Below the pieces are notes generated by a model that saw nothing but the letters and a program-made list of their open reading frames with translations, was not told the origin of the DNA and did not search any database. From an uncultured Methanosarcinales archaeon (lineage in GTDB: Archaea > Nanobdellota > Nanobdellia > Woesearchaeales > GW2011-AR9), in the NCBI GenBank assembly GCA_964434885.1, contig CAYSWQ010000001.1, forward strand, positions 11,327 to 75,326: a stretch of 64,000 bases of DNA. Direction: 5' to 3'. Positions 18,770-29,052 of the stretch are shown in pieces (within the stretch, counting starts at the first letter, position 1; every line of letters begins with the position of its first letter). Both the position numbers and the translations under genes were made by a program.

Positions 18770-19864
18770 TTGTTTCTTTCTTTGTTGTTTATGAGCTTAT
18801 TCAAAGATATGTTAAAAAGTGGAGAGAGTTTGTTTAGAGATACTATTGTGCTTTCTTATGATTTCCAACCAAAATTATTGAAATATCGTGAGAATGAACA
18901 GGTGCGTTTTGCAGTAGCAATTAGGCCTTTGTTGCAGGAGAGGAGTGGGCGTAATTTGTTTGTTTATGGGGCCCCAGGAATTGGAAAAACTACTGCTTGT
19001 AAACATGTAATTAGAGAATTAGAAGAAAGTGGGGAAGACGTAGTTCCCATTTACATTAATTGTTGGAAAGAAAATACAACATTTAAGATTTTTACAAAAA
19101 TTTGTGAAGAATTCGGACATAAGTTTTTACAACAGAAAAAAACTACTGATTTGTTTAACATCATTAGAGCCAAATTGAATAAAGCGGGAACAAGTGCAGT
19201 GTTTATTTTTGATGAAATAGATAAGTTGGATGATTTTGATTATTTATATACAATTCTAGAGGATATCTATCGGAAAAGTATTTTTTTAATTACTAATTAT
19301 AAAGAAAGTTATAATGATTTAGATGAACGAATTAAAAGTAGATTGGGGGTCGAATTTCTTTATTTTAGACCTTATAATAAAGCAGAGATAAAAGGGATTT
19401 TGGAAGAGAGGAAAAAGTATGCTTTTGTTCCAGGAGTGTGGGGAACAGAATCTTTTGATAAATTAGTTGATAAAACTGCCCAGTTGGGTGATTTAAGAGT
19501 TGGTTTGTATTTAATGAAAGAAGCTTGTATGTTAGCGGAAGATAAAAGTTTGAAAAAAATAAGTTTAGAAGAAGTTGATAGTGCAGTTAAAAAAGTAGAT
19601 GAATTTCAAATCAAACAAAAAGATGGTTTAGATGAAGAATTGATTAACATTTTAGATCTGATTAAAAATAATTCTGAAAGTAGAATTGGAGATTTGTTTG
19701 GTTTATATGAAAAGAATTCTGGAAAATTAAGTTATAAAAGTTTTAAAAGGAAAATTGATAAATTGGATGAAGGAAGATTCATTTCAACTAAACAAGATCG
19801 TTCTGGTGGCGGAGTGACTACGATTGTTAGTTATGGTGCTGAAAAGAAATTAACTGATTTTTGA
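18770..19864 (+). CDS. cdc6: Orc1/Cdc6 replication initiator (AAA+ ATPase plus winged helix)
   Basis: Walker A GAPGIGKTT, Walker B IFDEID, sensor regions, C-terminal wH; the true start may be the internal Met (MSLFKDML..., 18791). Confidence 0.8.
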   Translation: MFLSLLFMSLFKDMLKSGESLFRDTIVLSYDFQPKLLKYRENEQVRFAVAIRPLLQERSGRNLFVYGAPGIGKTTACKHVIRELEESGEDVVPIYINCWKENTTFKIFTKICEEFGHKFLQQKKTTDLFNIIRAKLNKAGTSAVFIFDEIDKLDDFDYLYTILEDIYRKSIFLITNYKESYNDLDERIKSRLGVEFLYFRPYNKAEIKGILEERKKYAFVPGVWGTESFDKLVDKTAQLGDLRVGLYLMKEACMLAEDKSLKKISLEEVDSAVKKVDEFQIKQKDGLDEELINILDLIKNNSESRIGDLFGLYEKNSGKLSYKSFKRKIDKLDEGRFISTKQDRSGGGVTTIVSYGAEKKLTDF

Positions 19865-19903
19865 AGGAAAATTTTATATTGTTGTTTATCCTCAAGAAAA
19901 AAA

Positions 19904-20463
19904 TGGAAAGAGAAATTAGAGATAGAAATATTTTAGATACGTTTTGTACTGAATTTTGTGATATTGTTGAAAAACATTGCAAGTATATTATTGTGAGTGG
20001 GTTTGTAGCTATTGCTTCAGGTAGAACTAGAGGAACAGAAGATATTGACATGATTATTGAAAAAATTAATTTTAATGAATTTAAACAACTTTATGCTAAT
20101 TTAGTAAAAGAGGGATTTGTTTGTATGCAATCTGATAAAGAAGAAGAAATTTATTCTTATTTAAAAGATAATATTTCAATTCGATTTACCTGGAAAGATA
20201 AAGTGCTTCCTGAAATGGAAATTAAATTTGCAAAAGATTGTTTGGATGATTATCAAATTAAAAATCGTATTAAATTAGATCTAACTGGATTAAATGTCTG
20301 GTTTAGCAGTATAAACGACAATATTGCATTTAAAGAAGAATTATTAAAAAGTGCTAAAGATTTAGAAGATGCTAGGCATTTGAGAATTGTTTATACTGAA
20401 TTAGTTGATGAAGATAAAATAAAAGAAATTAAAAGATTGGTTAAAGAATATAGATTAAAATGA
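19904..20463 (+). CDS. Nucleotidyltransferase-fold domain protein
   Basis: SGFVAIASGRTRGTEDIDMII fits the minimal NTase motif hG[GS]x9-13DhD; start taken at MEREIRD to avoid overlap with cdc6. Confidence 0.45.
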
Positions 20464-20675
20464 GAAAAGAACATCAAGAACAAATTGAACGTTGGGCAAT
20501 TTTTGTTAAAAATAATCCAACTAAATGGAAAAAAATACATACTGAATTTATTGATAGTATTTTTGATAAACATGAACAATTTAGAGAAAGAATGTTAAAG
20601 CTTCCTGGAGGGAAGGAGAAATTAATTAAACTTCATAAGATAAAAAATAAATCAAATTATGATTTCTTAAAATGA
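20460..20675 (+). CDS. Small hypothetical protein, translationally coupled to the NTase gene
   Basis: 71 aa; 4-nt overlap with the upstream NTase gene. Confidence 0.3.
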   Translation: MRKEHQEQIERWAIFVKNNPTKWKKIHTEFIDSIFDKHEQFRERMLKLPGGKEKLIKLHKIKNKSNYDFLK

Positions 20676-20766
20676 TAATTTTCCCAAAAATCATTTAGAA
20701 AAACAAACTATTTTACAACTAATCTAATAATATTTTAACATTTTGTAGAAAAGAAAGTTATTTTGA

Positions 20767-21222
20767 TCAAATCAAATAAACTAGCATGGCCATTGCAAAA
20801 CCAATTAAAGAACCAACAAAAACTTGTAATGGTGTGTGTCCCATGGCAAAATGAGTTTCTTTTTTTATTTTCAATTTTTTGATAATCTGGTTGATAATAT
20901 GTCCTTCTTCACCCACTGTCCTTCTAACTCCAAAAGCATCCCTGATCACAACAAAAGCCAAAACTAAACTAACAGCAAAAGTAGTAGTAACTCCATCGAC
21001 TAAATAAATGATTGTCGCTAAGGAAACCACAAAAGCAGAGTGAGATGAAGGCATGCCGCCAGTCACAATCAAATCTGACCAAGTTAATTTTTTATGTTTT
21101 AACCAGATAAATATGAGTTTTATTAAGGGTGTACCCAAACCAGCTACTAATAAAGTCCACAATATCTTGTTCATTTTTAGAAGAAATATTTTGGAGTTTA
21201 TATAAGTTGCTTTTGGAAACAT
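20767..21222 (-). CDS. Divergent PAP2-family membrane protein (DUF212)
   Basis: Signature GGMPSSHSA plus 4 TM helices. Confidence 0.5.
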   Translation of the reverse strand: MFPKATYINSKIFLLKMNKILWTLLVAGLGTPLIKLIFIWLKHKKLTWSDLIVTGGMPSSHSAFVVSLATIIYLVDGVTTTFAVSLVLAFVVIRDAFGVRRTVGEEGHIINQIIKKLKIKKETHFAMGHTPLQVFVGSLIGFAMAMLVYLI

Positions 21223-21253
21223 ATAAATAGGTTAAATCATTACTTGAAGAAAG

Positions 21254-21949
21254 ATGAAATATAAACATCGAATTAAAAGTTATGTGATTTTAGGTTTAAT
21301 TATCTTGGGTTTTTTTGCTTTATCAAAATTTTTTCCGGGGTTAAATAAATTTGCTTCTCCTACTTTTGTCAGAGATTATTTGATTGGATTAGGTACCGCA
21401 GGATATTTTATGTTTATTGTGTTGTTATTAGCAACTATTCCTTTACCAATGCCTAGCACACCAGTAGTTTTAGGTGGAGGTTATGTATATGGTGTTTTTT
21501 TAGGAACAATCTTGGCATTGATTGCTTGTGCAATAGGGGGAACAATATCTTTCTTATTAGTTAAAAAATATGGTAAACCTCTTTTGTATAAAATGGTGGA
21601 TGAAAAACATATTGTTCATTTCAACCATGTGTTCAAAAAGAGAGGAATTATGGCGGCGATTGTTTCTTATTCTATCCCTTTATTTCCTAGTGATGTAATT
21701 AATTTTATTTTAGGTTTAACAAAAATGAAATACCATATTTTTTTAATTTTGTTGATATTAACTCACATTCCAAGATATTTAATTGTTAATTCATTGGGAG
21801 AAGATTTAGCCACTCGTTTTACTTTAAAAACTTTGATTATAGCAATTTTAGGAGCGGTGTTTGTTTTAGTAGCAATTTTTAGAGAAAAATTAAAGAAAAT
21901 ATTCTTTAAAGAATTGAATGTTTTGGAAAAAGATTTAGGTATAAAATAA
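21254..21949 (+). CDS. TVP38/TMEM64/DedA-family membrane protein
   Basis: 6 TM; ...YSIPLFPSDVINFILGLTKMKY resembles the DedA/SNARE-associated core. Confidence 0.55.
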   Translation: MKYKHRIKSYVILGLIILGFFALSKFFPGLNKFASPTFVRDYLIGLGTAGYFMFIVLLLATIPLPMPSTPVVLGGGYVYGVFLGTILALIACAIGGTISFLLVKKYGKPLLYKMVDEKHIVHFNHVFKKRGIMAAIVSYSIPLFPSDVINFILGLTKMKYHIFLILLILTHIPRYLIVNSLGEDLATRFTLKTLIIAILGAVFVLVAIFREKLKKIFFKELNVLEKDLGIK

Positions 21950-22003
21950 TCATTACTTTTTATTTATAAACAACACATTTCTTTTCAAGAATAGTTAGAA
22001 ATT

Positions 22004-22819
22004 TTAAAAAGATTCAGATATCGAAAGCAAGTGCGTTCTTCTTAATTTAACAGTATTACTGATTGAATTTAATCCCATCTTTATTAAACCAGATAAACCC
22101 TTGCCTTCTCTAGGGCGATAATACGCACCTTGAACTAATGGGTCAGCAGCAATTTGAGTCAACGTTTTTTCATCTCCCACTGCACCATAAATTACTGGTT
22201 CTTCTACCTCTCCAAAAGAAAGCTTGATTGGAATTGTTAAAACATCATAATCTTTTGGCCTAGTAACCATGCATTGAGTATTGCTAACATTACCAATTAA
22301 ATGAAGACTACAGAAATTATAATTAGTATTTAATTCTTGATTGGCTTTTTTTACTAAATCAATTTGTTTTCCAAAAAAAGAATCAAAGTAAACATCTTGA
22401 GAAGAAACCCTATATTCCTTAAGCAATTTTATGGTCTCTTTAATTGCAATTTCAGAAGTTGGTTTTTTTAGTTCGAAACAAAGAACCATTCTTTGGTTAT
22501 TGGTGTGTTGATAATTTTGAATAGTATCCAATACTTCTCTTAAGCTAGTGGCAATTCCTAATTGATTTAATTCCTGATATTTTGCCTGAGAAGGTAATGA
22601 GAAATTTTGATGAGTTAAAATTAATTCTCCAGTCTCTTTGATTGTTAAGAGATCTCCTTCAAAACAAGGAATTACTTTTCGTTGAACTATTGGTTCCAAA
22701 CTAATTAAATCTTCAATAGTTCTTTTCAAAATATCATCACCATGGTTAATGTTTCCATCTAGAAAACTATGTTTAACCACTAGAAATTCTTCTGGAGTAA
22801 TTATCTTATTTTCAGTCAT
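22004..22819 (-). CDS. Hypothetical protein, possibly a GDPD-like TIM-barrel phosphodiesterase
   Basis: Weak similarity of C-terminal ...VIYGAVGDEKTLTQIAADPLVQGAYY to GDPD-family C-termini; N-terminal motif not canonical. Confidence 0.3.
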   Translation of the reverse strand: MTENKIITPEEFLVVKHSFLDGNINHGDDILKRTIEDLISLEPIVQRKVIPCFEGDLLTIKETGELILTHQNFSLPSQAKYQELNQLGIATSLREVLDTIQNYQHTNNQRMVLCFELKKPTSEIAIKETIKLLKEYRVSSQDVYFDSFFGKQIDLVKKANQELNTNYNFCSLHLIGNVSNTQCMVTRPKDYDVLTIPIKLSFGEVEEPVIYGAVGDEKTLTQIAADPLVQGAYYRPREGKGLSGLIKMGLNSISNTVKLRRTHLLSISESF

Positions 22820-22885
22820 GTTTTTATTATAAATAAAGAATTAATTTATAAATCTTTTGTTATTTAATAATAGTAACAAAATAAA

Positions 22886-23845
22886 TTATTTATTTTTTAC
22901 CAGATGTTTGGTGTGTTTGTGTTTTAATAAATTTTTTTTCTGAACCTTGCTATGATGAGACAAGAAATGATGGAAAAAATGATTATCTTTTATTTTTTTC
23001 TTGAAATAATTCCACTCTAACAAGCCACGATCTTCCCACATTTTCTTAATCTGATTATGGGGGGCTTTCTTTTCTTCTCGAATAAATTTTCCTACAGCAT
23101 GAACTGCATCGGTTAATAATTTTTCTTGTTTACCAACTACAATTGATTTTTTCTTTTTGATTTGATTCAAAAATTCTTCTACTGTGTCTGCCTTACAAAT
23201 AGTCAAAGCAGTTCCTAATTCTGCCAAACAATGTCCATCAGAACCACCAGTAAAACCTTTGTTAATCTTTTTACCCCATTTAATAGCTTTGGTATTCATG
23301 TCCCCAATACAACAACCATTGATTGCTTCCACCGCATGAATTTTTTTAATAGTTTGAGAATTAGTTCTAAATTTTTTAATTCCGCAGAAACCAGGACCAT
23401 AAGGATGAGGGGCAGTGATTAAACAATTATACTGGCTAGCTAAATCAACTAATTCCATATGGTTTAAATCAATAAACCAAGGATTTTTTTTAATTCGTTC
23501 TTTCATTTTTGAAGCATAGAATTCTTTAAATTCTTTAACATCATAAAAATGTAATAAAATATGGACTCCGTTGTGGCAAGTAACTTCCATCCCTGGGACC
23601 ACAAAAACTTTTTTCCGAGCCATTTTTATGGCCTTGAATGAGCCCTCAACATGGTTATGGTCTGTAAATGAAATTCCAATAGAATCCTTTTTACATTTGT
23701 TAATAATTTGAGGTACTGTAGCTAAACCATCAATACTAAATCGAGAATGATAATGCATATCTACTGCTTGATAACCTTCTTTTTTAAGAAGGGAGAAAAT
23801 TGGTCCTTTTAGGACATCTACATCTTTAAAATATACTTCACTCAT
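22886..23845 (-). CDS. PHP-domain metal-dependent phosphoesterase
   Basis: DMHYHSRFSIDG, FTDHNH, GMEV, GSDGH give the histidine-rich PHP motifs. Confidence 0.6.
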   Translation of the reverse strand: MSEVYFKDVDVLKGPIFSLLKKEGYQAVDMHYHSRFSIDGLATVPQIINKCKKDSIGISFTDHNHVEGSFKAIKMARKKVFVVPGMEVTCHNGVHILLHFYDVKEFKEFYASKMKERIKKNPWFIDLNHMELVDLASQYNCLITAPHPYGPGFCGIKKFRTNSQTIKKIHAVEAINGCCIGDMNTKAIKWGKKINKGFTGGSDGHCLAELGTALTICKADTVEEFLNQIKKKKSIVVGKQEKLLTDAVHAVGKFIREEKKAPHNQIKKMWEDRGLLEWNYFKKKIKDNHFFHHFLSHHSKVQKKNLLKHKHTKHLVKNK

Positions 23846-23891
23846 TGTAACCTCTTTTTTAAAATGAATTTAAGCGAGTATAAAAAATTAT

Positions 23892-24428
23892 CTATAATAT
23901 ACTTCCCAGATAAGCAAAAACAATGAACCTAGGGATTCTAGTAATTATGGAAAATAAGACTACAATCCAGACATTCATCCGATATATTCCAGAAAGCCAA
24001 CAAATAGCACTGAAAGGAACAGGAGATAAAGCACCAAAAATAATTGCTAAAGGTCCCCATCGATGGAATAGTCTTTCACCTTTTTTTACATGTTTATCTC
24101 CAAAAAGATGAATAAAACCGGGTGTTCCAATCTTTTTACCAATCAAATGTCCAATAGTTCCAGCTATCACACTTGCAGCTCCGGCTACTAACGCAATTGA
24201 AAATAAATTTTCACTAATTAAACTGGATCCAAAAACAACTACATCTGGAGAAAAAGGTTGAATAATGACATCCATTATAAAAACAATTATCATTATTCCA
24301 GCTAAACCATACATAGAAATAAAATAAGAACTTTGGGATTTAAAATAATCAAAATTAAAGATAAATAATAATGTTAACAAAATTAGCAAAATAATTGCTA
24401 TTAAGGTGATGCTTTTTTTTCTTTCCAT
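23892..24428 (-). CDS. Small DedA/YqaA-like membrane protein
   Basis: 4 TM; ...RWGPLAIIFGALSPVPFSAICWLSGIYRM. Confidence 0.35.
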   Translation of the reverse strand: MERKKSITLIAIILLILLTLLFIFNFDYFKSQSSYFISMYGLAGIMIIVFIMDVIIQPFSPDVVVFGSSLISENLFSIALVAGAASVIAGTIGHLIGKKIGTPGFIHLFGDKHVKKGERLFHRWGPLAIIFGALSPVPFSAICWLSGIYRMNVWIVVLFSIITRIPRFIVFAYLGSIL

Positions 24429-24676
24429 CGGTACCCTTCATAAATTTTTCCATTAATACAAATTTTAATGGGTTTATTAAAAACATATAATCGAATATAA
24501 TTTTTCATTCCCATCCACAAAGGGACATTTTCATAATGGCCTTTTTTCCATTCTTCTCTCCACCAACATTTCCCCGTATGTTTGATATCTCGTGTATGTC
24601 TTTTTTCATAAGGACAATTAGGACAAATATATTTGAGATGAACTTGAATCCACCACTTTTTAATAAGATTAGCCAT
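24401..24676 (-). CDS. Hypothetical Trp/Cys-rich small protein
   Basis: 91 aa; CPNCPYEKRH...KCWW; no family; overlaps its neighbour by 28 nt. Confidence 0.3.
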   Translation of the reverse strand: MANLIKKWWIQVHLKYICPNCPYEKRHTRDIKHTGKCWWREEWKKGHYENVPLWMGMKNYIRLYVFNKPIKICINGKIYEGYRWKEKKASP

Positions 24677-25407
24677 TACCTAATTAAATTATTAATTCTC
24701 TTAAAAATGTTTCTAAATTTCAAAGAATATATTTTTAAATAATTTCTTTCAGCAATAGCCATTAGATATTGGGCAATATCTCGAGGAGACAACATTTGAT
24801 TCTGAGAAGGTTTGTTTTTGTATTGGGAAAAAAATTCAGTTTTTATTCTTGCTGGAAAAATAGTTGAAACCTTAATTTTGTTTTTCCATAGTTCTAAACG
24901 AATCGATCTTTTAAACCCAGTTACTGCGTGTTTTGATGAACAATAACCACTATAACCGGGAGCACCATATAATCCCGCTATAGAAGAAACAGTAATAATG
25001 TGTCCGGGAGTTTTGTTCTTTTTCATTATTTTTACTGCTTCTTTAGTGCACAGAAAGACCCCTTTAACATTAGTTTGATGGACATCATCCCATTCCGATT
25101 CAGAAATATCTAAAAGATTTGATTTTAATCCACGACCAGCATTGTTTATTAAAATGTTAATAGTTCCGAATTGTTTTTCGGTCTGAAAAAAAACTTGATG
25201 AACTTCTTTTGATTGACCAATGTCTGCTTTAATTACCAGAATCTGATTATTAATGGTTTTAAGATTATTTTTTAATTGAATTAGTTTTTCTAAGCGACGA
25301 GCAACTAAAACTAAGCGGCATTTTTTTTTAGCAAATTCAATAGCTGTAGCTTTTCCAACCCCACTACTAGCTCCAGTGATAATTACTACTTTATTACTTA
25401 ATTTCAT
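24676..25407 (-). CDS. Short-chain dehydrogenase/reductase (classical SDR)
   Basis: TGASSGVGKA Rossmann motif, NNAG, catalytic S...YxxxK (YCSSKHAV). Confidence 0.8.
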   Translation of the reverse strand: MKLSNKVVIITGASSGVGKATAIEFAKKKCRLVLVARRLEKLIQLKNNLKTINNQILVIKADIGQSKEVHQVFFQTEKQFGTINILINNAGRGLKSNLLDISESEWDDVHQTNVKGVFLCTKEAVKIMKKNKTPGHIITVSSIAGLYGAPGYSGYCSSKHAVTGFKRSIRLELWKNKIKVSTIFPARIKTEFFSQYKNKPSQNQMLSPRDIAQYLMAIAERNYLKIYSLKFRNIFKRINNLIR

Positions 25408-26398
25408 TTTTCATCCAATTATTAATATCATTGATGGTTTGTTTAAATTCAATTTGGGGATACCAATTAAGTTTTTCTTTTGCTTTTTGATTATTAAAGT
25501 ACCTAAATTGAAAAGAAGAATGAAGATTATCAGAAGTTAATTTGGGGCTTGTTTTAGATCTATTTTCTATAAACAATAGCAAAGGGTAAAGAAAAGAGAT
25601 GAGGAAAAGGGGCAAGGTTCTTTTTGGTGGTAAGACATTTAAGACTCGAGAAATAATTTTGTTTTGTTCGTCAAAAGTTAAATTATAACCAGACAACAAA
25701 TAATGATTTTTGGGTTTGCCTTTTTCTAGAATAGCAATTAAACCTTGAACTACATCTCTAACATCAATAAGATTAGTTCCTCCTGGTGGGTTGAAAGGAA
25801 TTTGCCCATTTTTAATGGCTTGAATTAATTTAGGAGAATTACATAAGTCTCCAGGTCCCAACATCAAACCAGGATAAGCAATGTTCAGATTTATTTCATT
25901 TTGATTTTGAATTAAATATTTATCTGCTAAATATTTTGAAAGCATATAGTATTTTTTGAATTTTTTAGCTATCTTCCAATTGAATTTGAAGTTTTCATCA
26001 ATTGGTTGATGAGGTTTGTTATTATAACCTAAAGCTGCTACCGAACTGATATGAATAAATCGTTTAATTTTATTATTTATTGCTGCTTGAAAAACATTTT
26101 TTGTTCCTTGAACATTAACAGAAAATAACTTCTTTTTATCTTTAGTCCAAAAAGAAACAATTCCTGCTAAATGAAAAACAACATCAATTTCTTTGAAATC
26201 TTGATTGATTGATTGAAGATTACAAATATTTCGATTCAAAAGATAAGATACTTGTGAATGGTTATTGAATTGGTATAATGGGGTTGGGCTTTCTCTTAAA
26301 TCTAATAATTTAATTTTAATTTGGGGATATTGTTCTAGAAGAGTTTTAGTTAAATGTTGACCCAAGAAACCACAACCTCCTGTAATTAAAACATTCAT
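25394..26398 (-). CDS. NAD-dependent epimerase/dehydratase family protein
   Basis: VLITGGCGFLGQHL Rossmann; extended-SDR architecture; overlaps the SDR gene (likely operon). Confidence 0.7.
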   Translation of the reverse strand: MNVLITGGCGFLGQHLTKTLLEQYPQIKIKLLDLRESPTPLYQFNNHSQVSYLLNRNICNLQSINQDFKEIDVVFHLAGIVSFWTKDKKKLFSVNVQGTKNVFQAAINNKIKRFIHISSVAALGYNNKPHQPIDENFKFNWKIAKKFKKYYMLSKYLADKYLIQNQNEINLNIAYPGLMLGPGDLCNSPKLIQAIKNGQIPFNPPGGTNLIDVRDVVQGLIAILEKGKPKNHYLLSGYNLTFDEQNKIISRVLNVLPPKRTLPLFLISFLYPLLLFIENRSKTSPKLTSDNLHSSFQFRYFNNQKAKEKLNWYPQIEFKQTINDINNWMKNEIK

Positions 26399-26473
26399 GG
26401 TTTTTTGGAAAAAAAATCACTTTATAATAATTTAGATATTAAGTAGTATATTACAGATTATATTAATAAAATA

Positions 26474-27688
26474 TTATTTAAGAATACCATAACCAATAAG
26501 TCTAAAACGATCTCCAATTCTTCTGGAAATAGTTACTCTCTCTCCAGAATTAGCACAAACTGGTTTTTTCAGAATACAAGTAGCTAATTTCTTTTTCATG
26601 TTGCTAACTACCCCAACTGTAACTGCAGAACCAACATTAAGCATTAGTACTTCTTTCAAAGCCAAAGGTTTAACTTCAGTTTCTTGTTTAGTTCCAACTA
26701 CTCTATTAAGTAAATGAGTTTCTAAAATTAATTGTGAATGTAATGTTGGTAATTTTCCAGGTAAACCAACTAATGAACCAGAAAGAGAATCTGATTTAAC
26801 TACTGCTGGATCTAAAGTTGTGGACAAGGCCATACTTCCCCCAGGTAAAATTTCATCTACTGGGGATCCTCCGGAAAAAATCTGTAATATTTTTGTTTTC
26901 AAAGGTTTCCAAACTTTACGATTTTTTTCTTCAACAGAATAACCAGGTAAAATTTCTACTTCTTGACCGACTTTTAATTTCCCTTGTTTTACAGTTCCAC
27001 CTAGAACTCCACCTAATAACTTATTTGGTTTAGTTCCGGGTTTGTTAATATCAAAAGACCTAGCTACTAACATATAAGGTTCTTTTTTCAAATCTTTTTT
27101 GGAAGTGGGAATGTATTCTTGAATAGCTTCTACTAAAACATCAATATTTACATTAGCTCGAGCCGAAATAGGAATAATAGGGGTGTCTTTGTAATCTGTA
27201 TCAGCTAAAAATTCTTTTATCTGTTTATAATTTTTCAAAGCCTCTTCATGACTTACTAAATCAATCTTATTTTGAATAATAATTAAATTTTTAATTCCGG
27301 CAATCTGTAGAGCCATTAAATGTTCCCTGGTTTGAGGTTGAGGGCATTTTTCATTTGCTGCAACCAACAAGAGGGCCCCATCAACAATAGCAGCTCCTGA
27401 AAGCATAGTGGCCATTAGAGACTCGTGTCCAGGTGAATCAACCAAAGATATTTTTCTTAAAGGGGTAGATGTATCATTACATTTAACACATTTTTCTTTA
27501 GTAGTTAGAAAGTTACATTTTTTACATTCATAAATTGTAAAATCAGCATAACCTAATCTAATGGTAATTCCTTTTTTTAATTCTTCAGAATGAGTATCTG
27601 TCCATTTACCAGATAATCTTTCTGTAAGGGTTGTTTTACCATGATCTACATGTCCAACTAAAGCTATATTTAATTCAGGTTGAGTCAT
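26474..27688 (-). CDS. eif2g: Translation initiation factor 2 gamma subunit (aIF2-gamma)
   Basis: GHVDHGKTTL, DSPGH, NKID GTPase motifs with the zinc-ribbon insertion (CKKC...CVKC) typical of aIF2gamma. Confidence 0.85.
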   Translation of the reverse strand: MTQPELNIALVGHVDHGKTTLTERLSGKWTDTHSEELKKGITIRLGYADFTIYECKKCNFLTTKEKCVKCNDTSTPLRKISLVDSPGHESLMATMLSGAAIVDGALLLVAANEKCPQPQTREHLMALQIAGIKNLIIIQNKIDLVSHEEALKNYKQIKEFLADTDYKDTPIIPISARANVNIDVLVEAIQEYIPTSKKDLKKEPYMLVARSFDINKPGTKPNKLLGGVLGGTVKQGKLKVGQEVEILPGYSVEEKNRKVWKPLKTKILQIFSGGSPVDEILPGGSMALSTTLDPAVVKSDSLSGSLVGLPGKLPTLHSQLILETHLLNRVVGTKQETEVKPLALKEVLMLNVGSAVTVGVVSNMKKKLATCILKKPVCANSGERVTISRRIGDRFRLIGYGILK

Positions 27689-27846
27689 TAAAAGTCTAGA
27701 GAAGTAGCTTATTTATAAAGTTTTAGGGAAATTCTCCTTCTTCCCCCACCAAAGATACTCACCTTTATTTTTGCGAAGTTTCTTTAACCAAATGATACCT
27801 CCAATAATTAGAGATAAACCCAAAAATAATAAAAAAAGAGGAAGAA

Positions 27847-28131
27847 TCATGGTCTTTTATTCAAAGTAATTTCAATATTACTAACTCGAACATCTCTACC
27901 TTCTTTATTGGTAAATTCTTCGCTACTAATATTAATATCTTTAACTTCCACACTGCTATCTAGGAATCTTTTAGCAGCCACTTCTGCTACATCTACTGCT
28001 CGAGAGATAAATTTTCCTCGGGCTTTTACTACTACTTCTGGTACATTCTTAGTTGTAAATTGCATCACAACTGCGGTAACATAATTCATAAATGGTTTGT
28101 TACCAATAAACACAGAATTGTCTTCCGTCAT
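27847..28131 (-). CDS. albA: Alba (Sso10b) DNA/RNA-binding protein
   Basis: 94 aa; ...KARGKFISRAVDVAEVAAKRF... matches the Alba fold. Confidence 0.75.
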   Translation of the reverse strand: MTEDNSVFIGNKPFMNYVTAVVMQFTTKNVPEVVVKARGKFISRAVDVAEVAAKRFLDSSVEVKDINISSEEFTNKEGRDVRVSNIEITLNKRP

Positions 28132-28155
28132 TTTTGTCTACCTCCTTAGGTGCCT

Positions 28156-28347
28156 CTATTTTGCTTCTTTCTTCTTTAATCTAGTTAAATAACCAGCAAT
28201 AGTATTTCTTAATTTCTTACTAGAAACGTCTGTCAATTTTCCAGTAATTTTTTTATTAGCGACAAAATCACCAGTAACTTGATCGCCATGTAGTTCTAGT
28301 ATTTCTTTGGTTTTCTGTTTAATAAACGTAGTTTTTATTCTTCCCAT
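28156..28347 (-). CDS. rps17e: 30S ribosomal protein S17e
   Basis: MGRIKTTFIKQKTKEILE...SKKLRNTIAGYLTRL is the S17e signature. Confidence 0.75.
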   Translation of the reverse strand: MGRIKTTFIKQKTKEILELHGDQVTGDFVANKKITGKLTDVSSKKLRNTIAGYLTRLKKKEAK

Positions 28348-28455
28348 AGTTATTATTCTGTAGAGGGTTGTTTTTATAAAGTTTTTGTTATTTTATTGAA
28401 TATGTCAGTATACTAAAGAGTAACATTTATATATTAATTTAATTTTTTATACCTA

Positions 28456-28845
28456 ATGGTTATCTTATTTGATTTATTTAATTTACCGGATGATATCTAC
28501 CAGATTGTTTTTGCAACTGAACAACAACAGTTAGTTGGTCGTTTGTTGGTGAGTCACCTTAAGAACAATGGAGGAGAAATTGGGAAAACAGAGATGAGTA
28601 TGTTTGCCATGAAATTACACGAAGGTGATGTTGTTATTAAAGGGAAAGGTAAATCTCCATTAGATCAAGCCACCAAGATTTCCTACAATAAAAGACAATT
28701 CTATGATCGAATATTAACGCCAATGAGAGGAATGGGTTTAATTGAATATGACCTATACAAGAAAACTTACAAATTAAGTGATAAATTTAACAAAATGATG
28801 ATTAAAGTGGGTATTATTTGGTTAAAAGAATTAGAAAAGAAATGA
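28456..28845 (+). CDS. Hypothetical protein
   Basis: 129 aa ORF with typical codon usage; no recognisable motif. Confidence 0.35.
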   Translation: MVILFDLFNLPDDIYQIVFATEQQQLVGRLLVSHLKNNGGEIGKTEMSMFAMKLHEGDVVIKGKGKSPLDQATKISYNKRQFYDRILTPMRGMGLIEYDLYKKTYKLSDKFNKMMIKVGIIWLKELEKK

Positions 28846-28974
28846 TTATTTGAACAACGTATCTTTATTCTTTAAAGCTGTGTCATAATAAGGACATTTT
28901 TTACAAAAATTATCTATTTCTTCCGGACAATCAGGAAATTGTCTTCTACATGCATCTACTTTTAATTTCTTCAT
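28846..28974 (-). CDS. Small Cys-rich ORF (42 aa; not in ORF track)
   Basis: MKKLKVDACRRQFPDCPEEIDNFCKKCPYYDTALKNKDTLFK has a C-x7-C-x9-C-x2-C pattern; sits in a 200-nt otherwise empty gap. Confidence 0.3.
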   Translation of the reverse strand: MKKLKVDACRRQFPDCPEEIDNFCKKCPYYDTALKNKDTLFK

Positions 28975-29052
28975 AAATTAAAGAATGTTGTTGATACATA
29001 TAAATGCTATATTAATGATGTATATACTTTTTGAAGGAAAAAAAGAAAAAAA

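Noticed and set aside
18701-18790. Replication origin adjacent to orc1/cdc6
   Set aside because: The spacers flanking orc1/cdc6 are only about 70-90 nt and I could not see ORB-like inverted repeats. The longer AT-rich spacer at 16586-16742 also lacks recognisable ORB elements. There is no evidence for oriC in this window.
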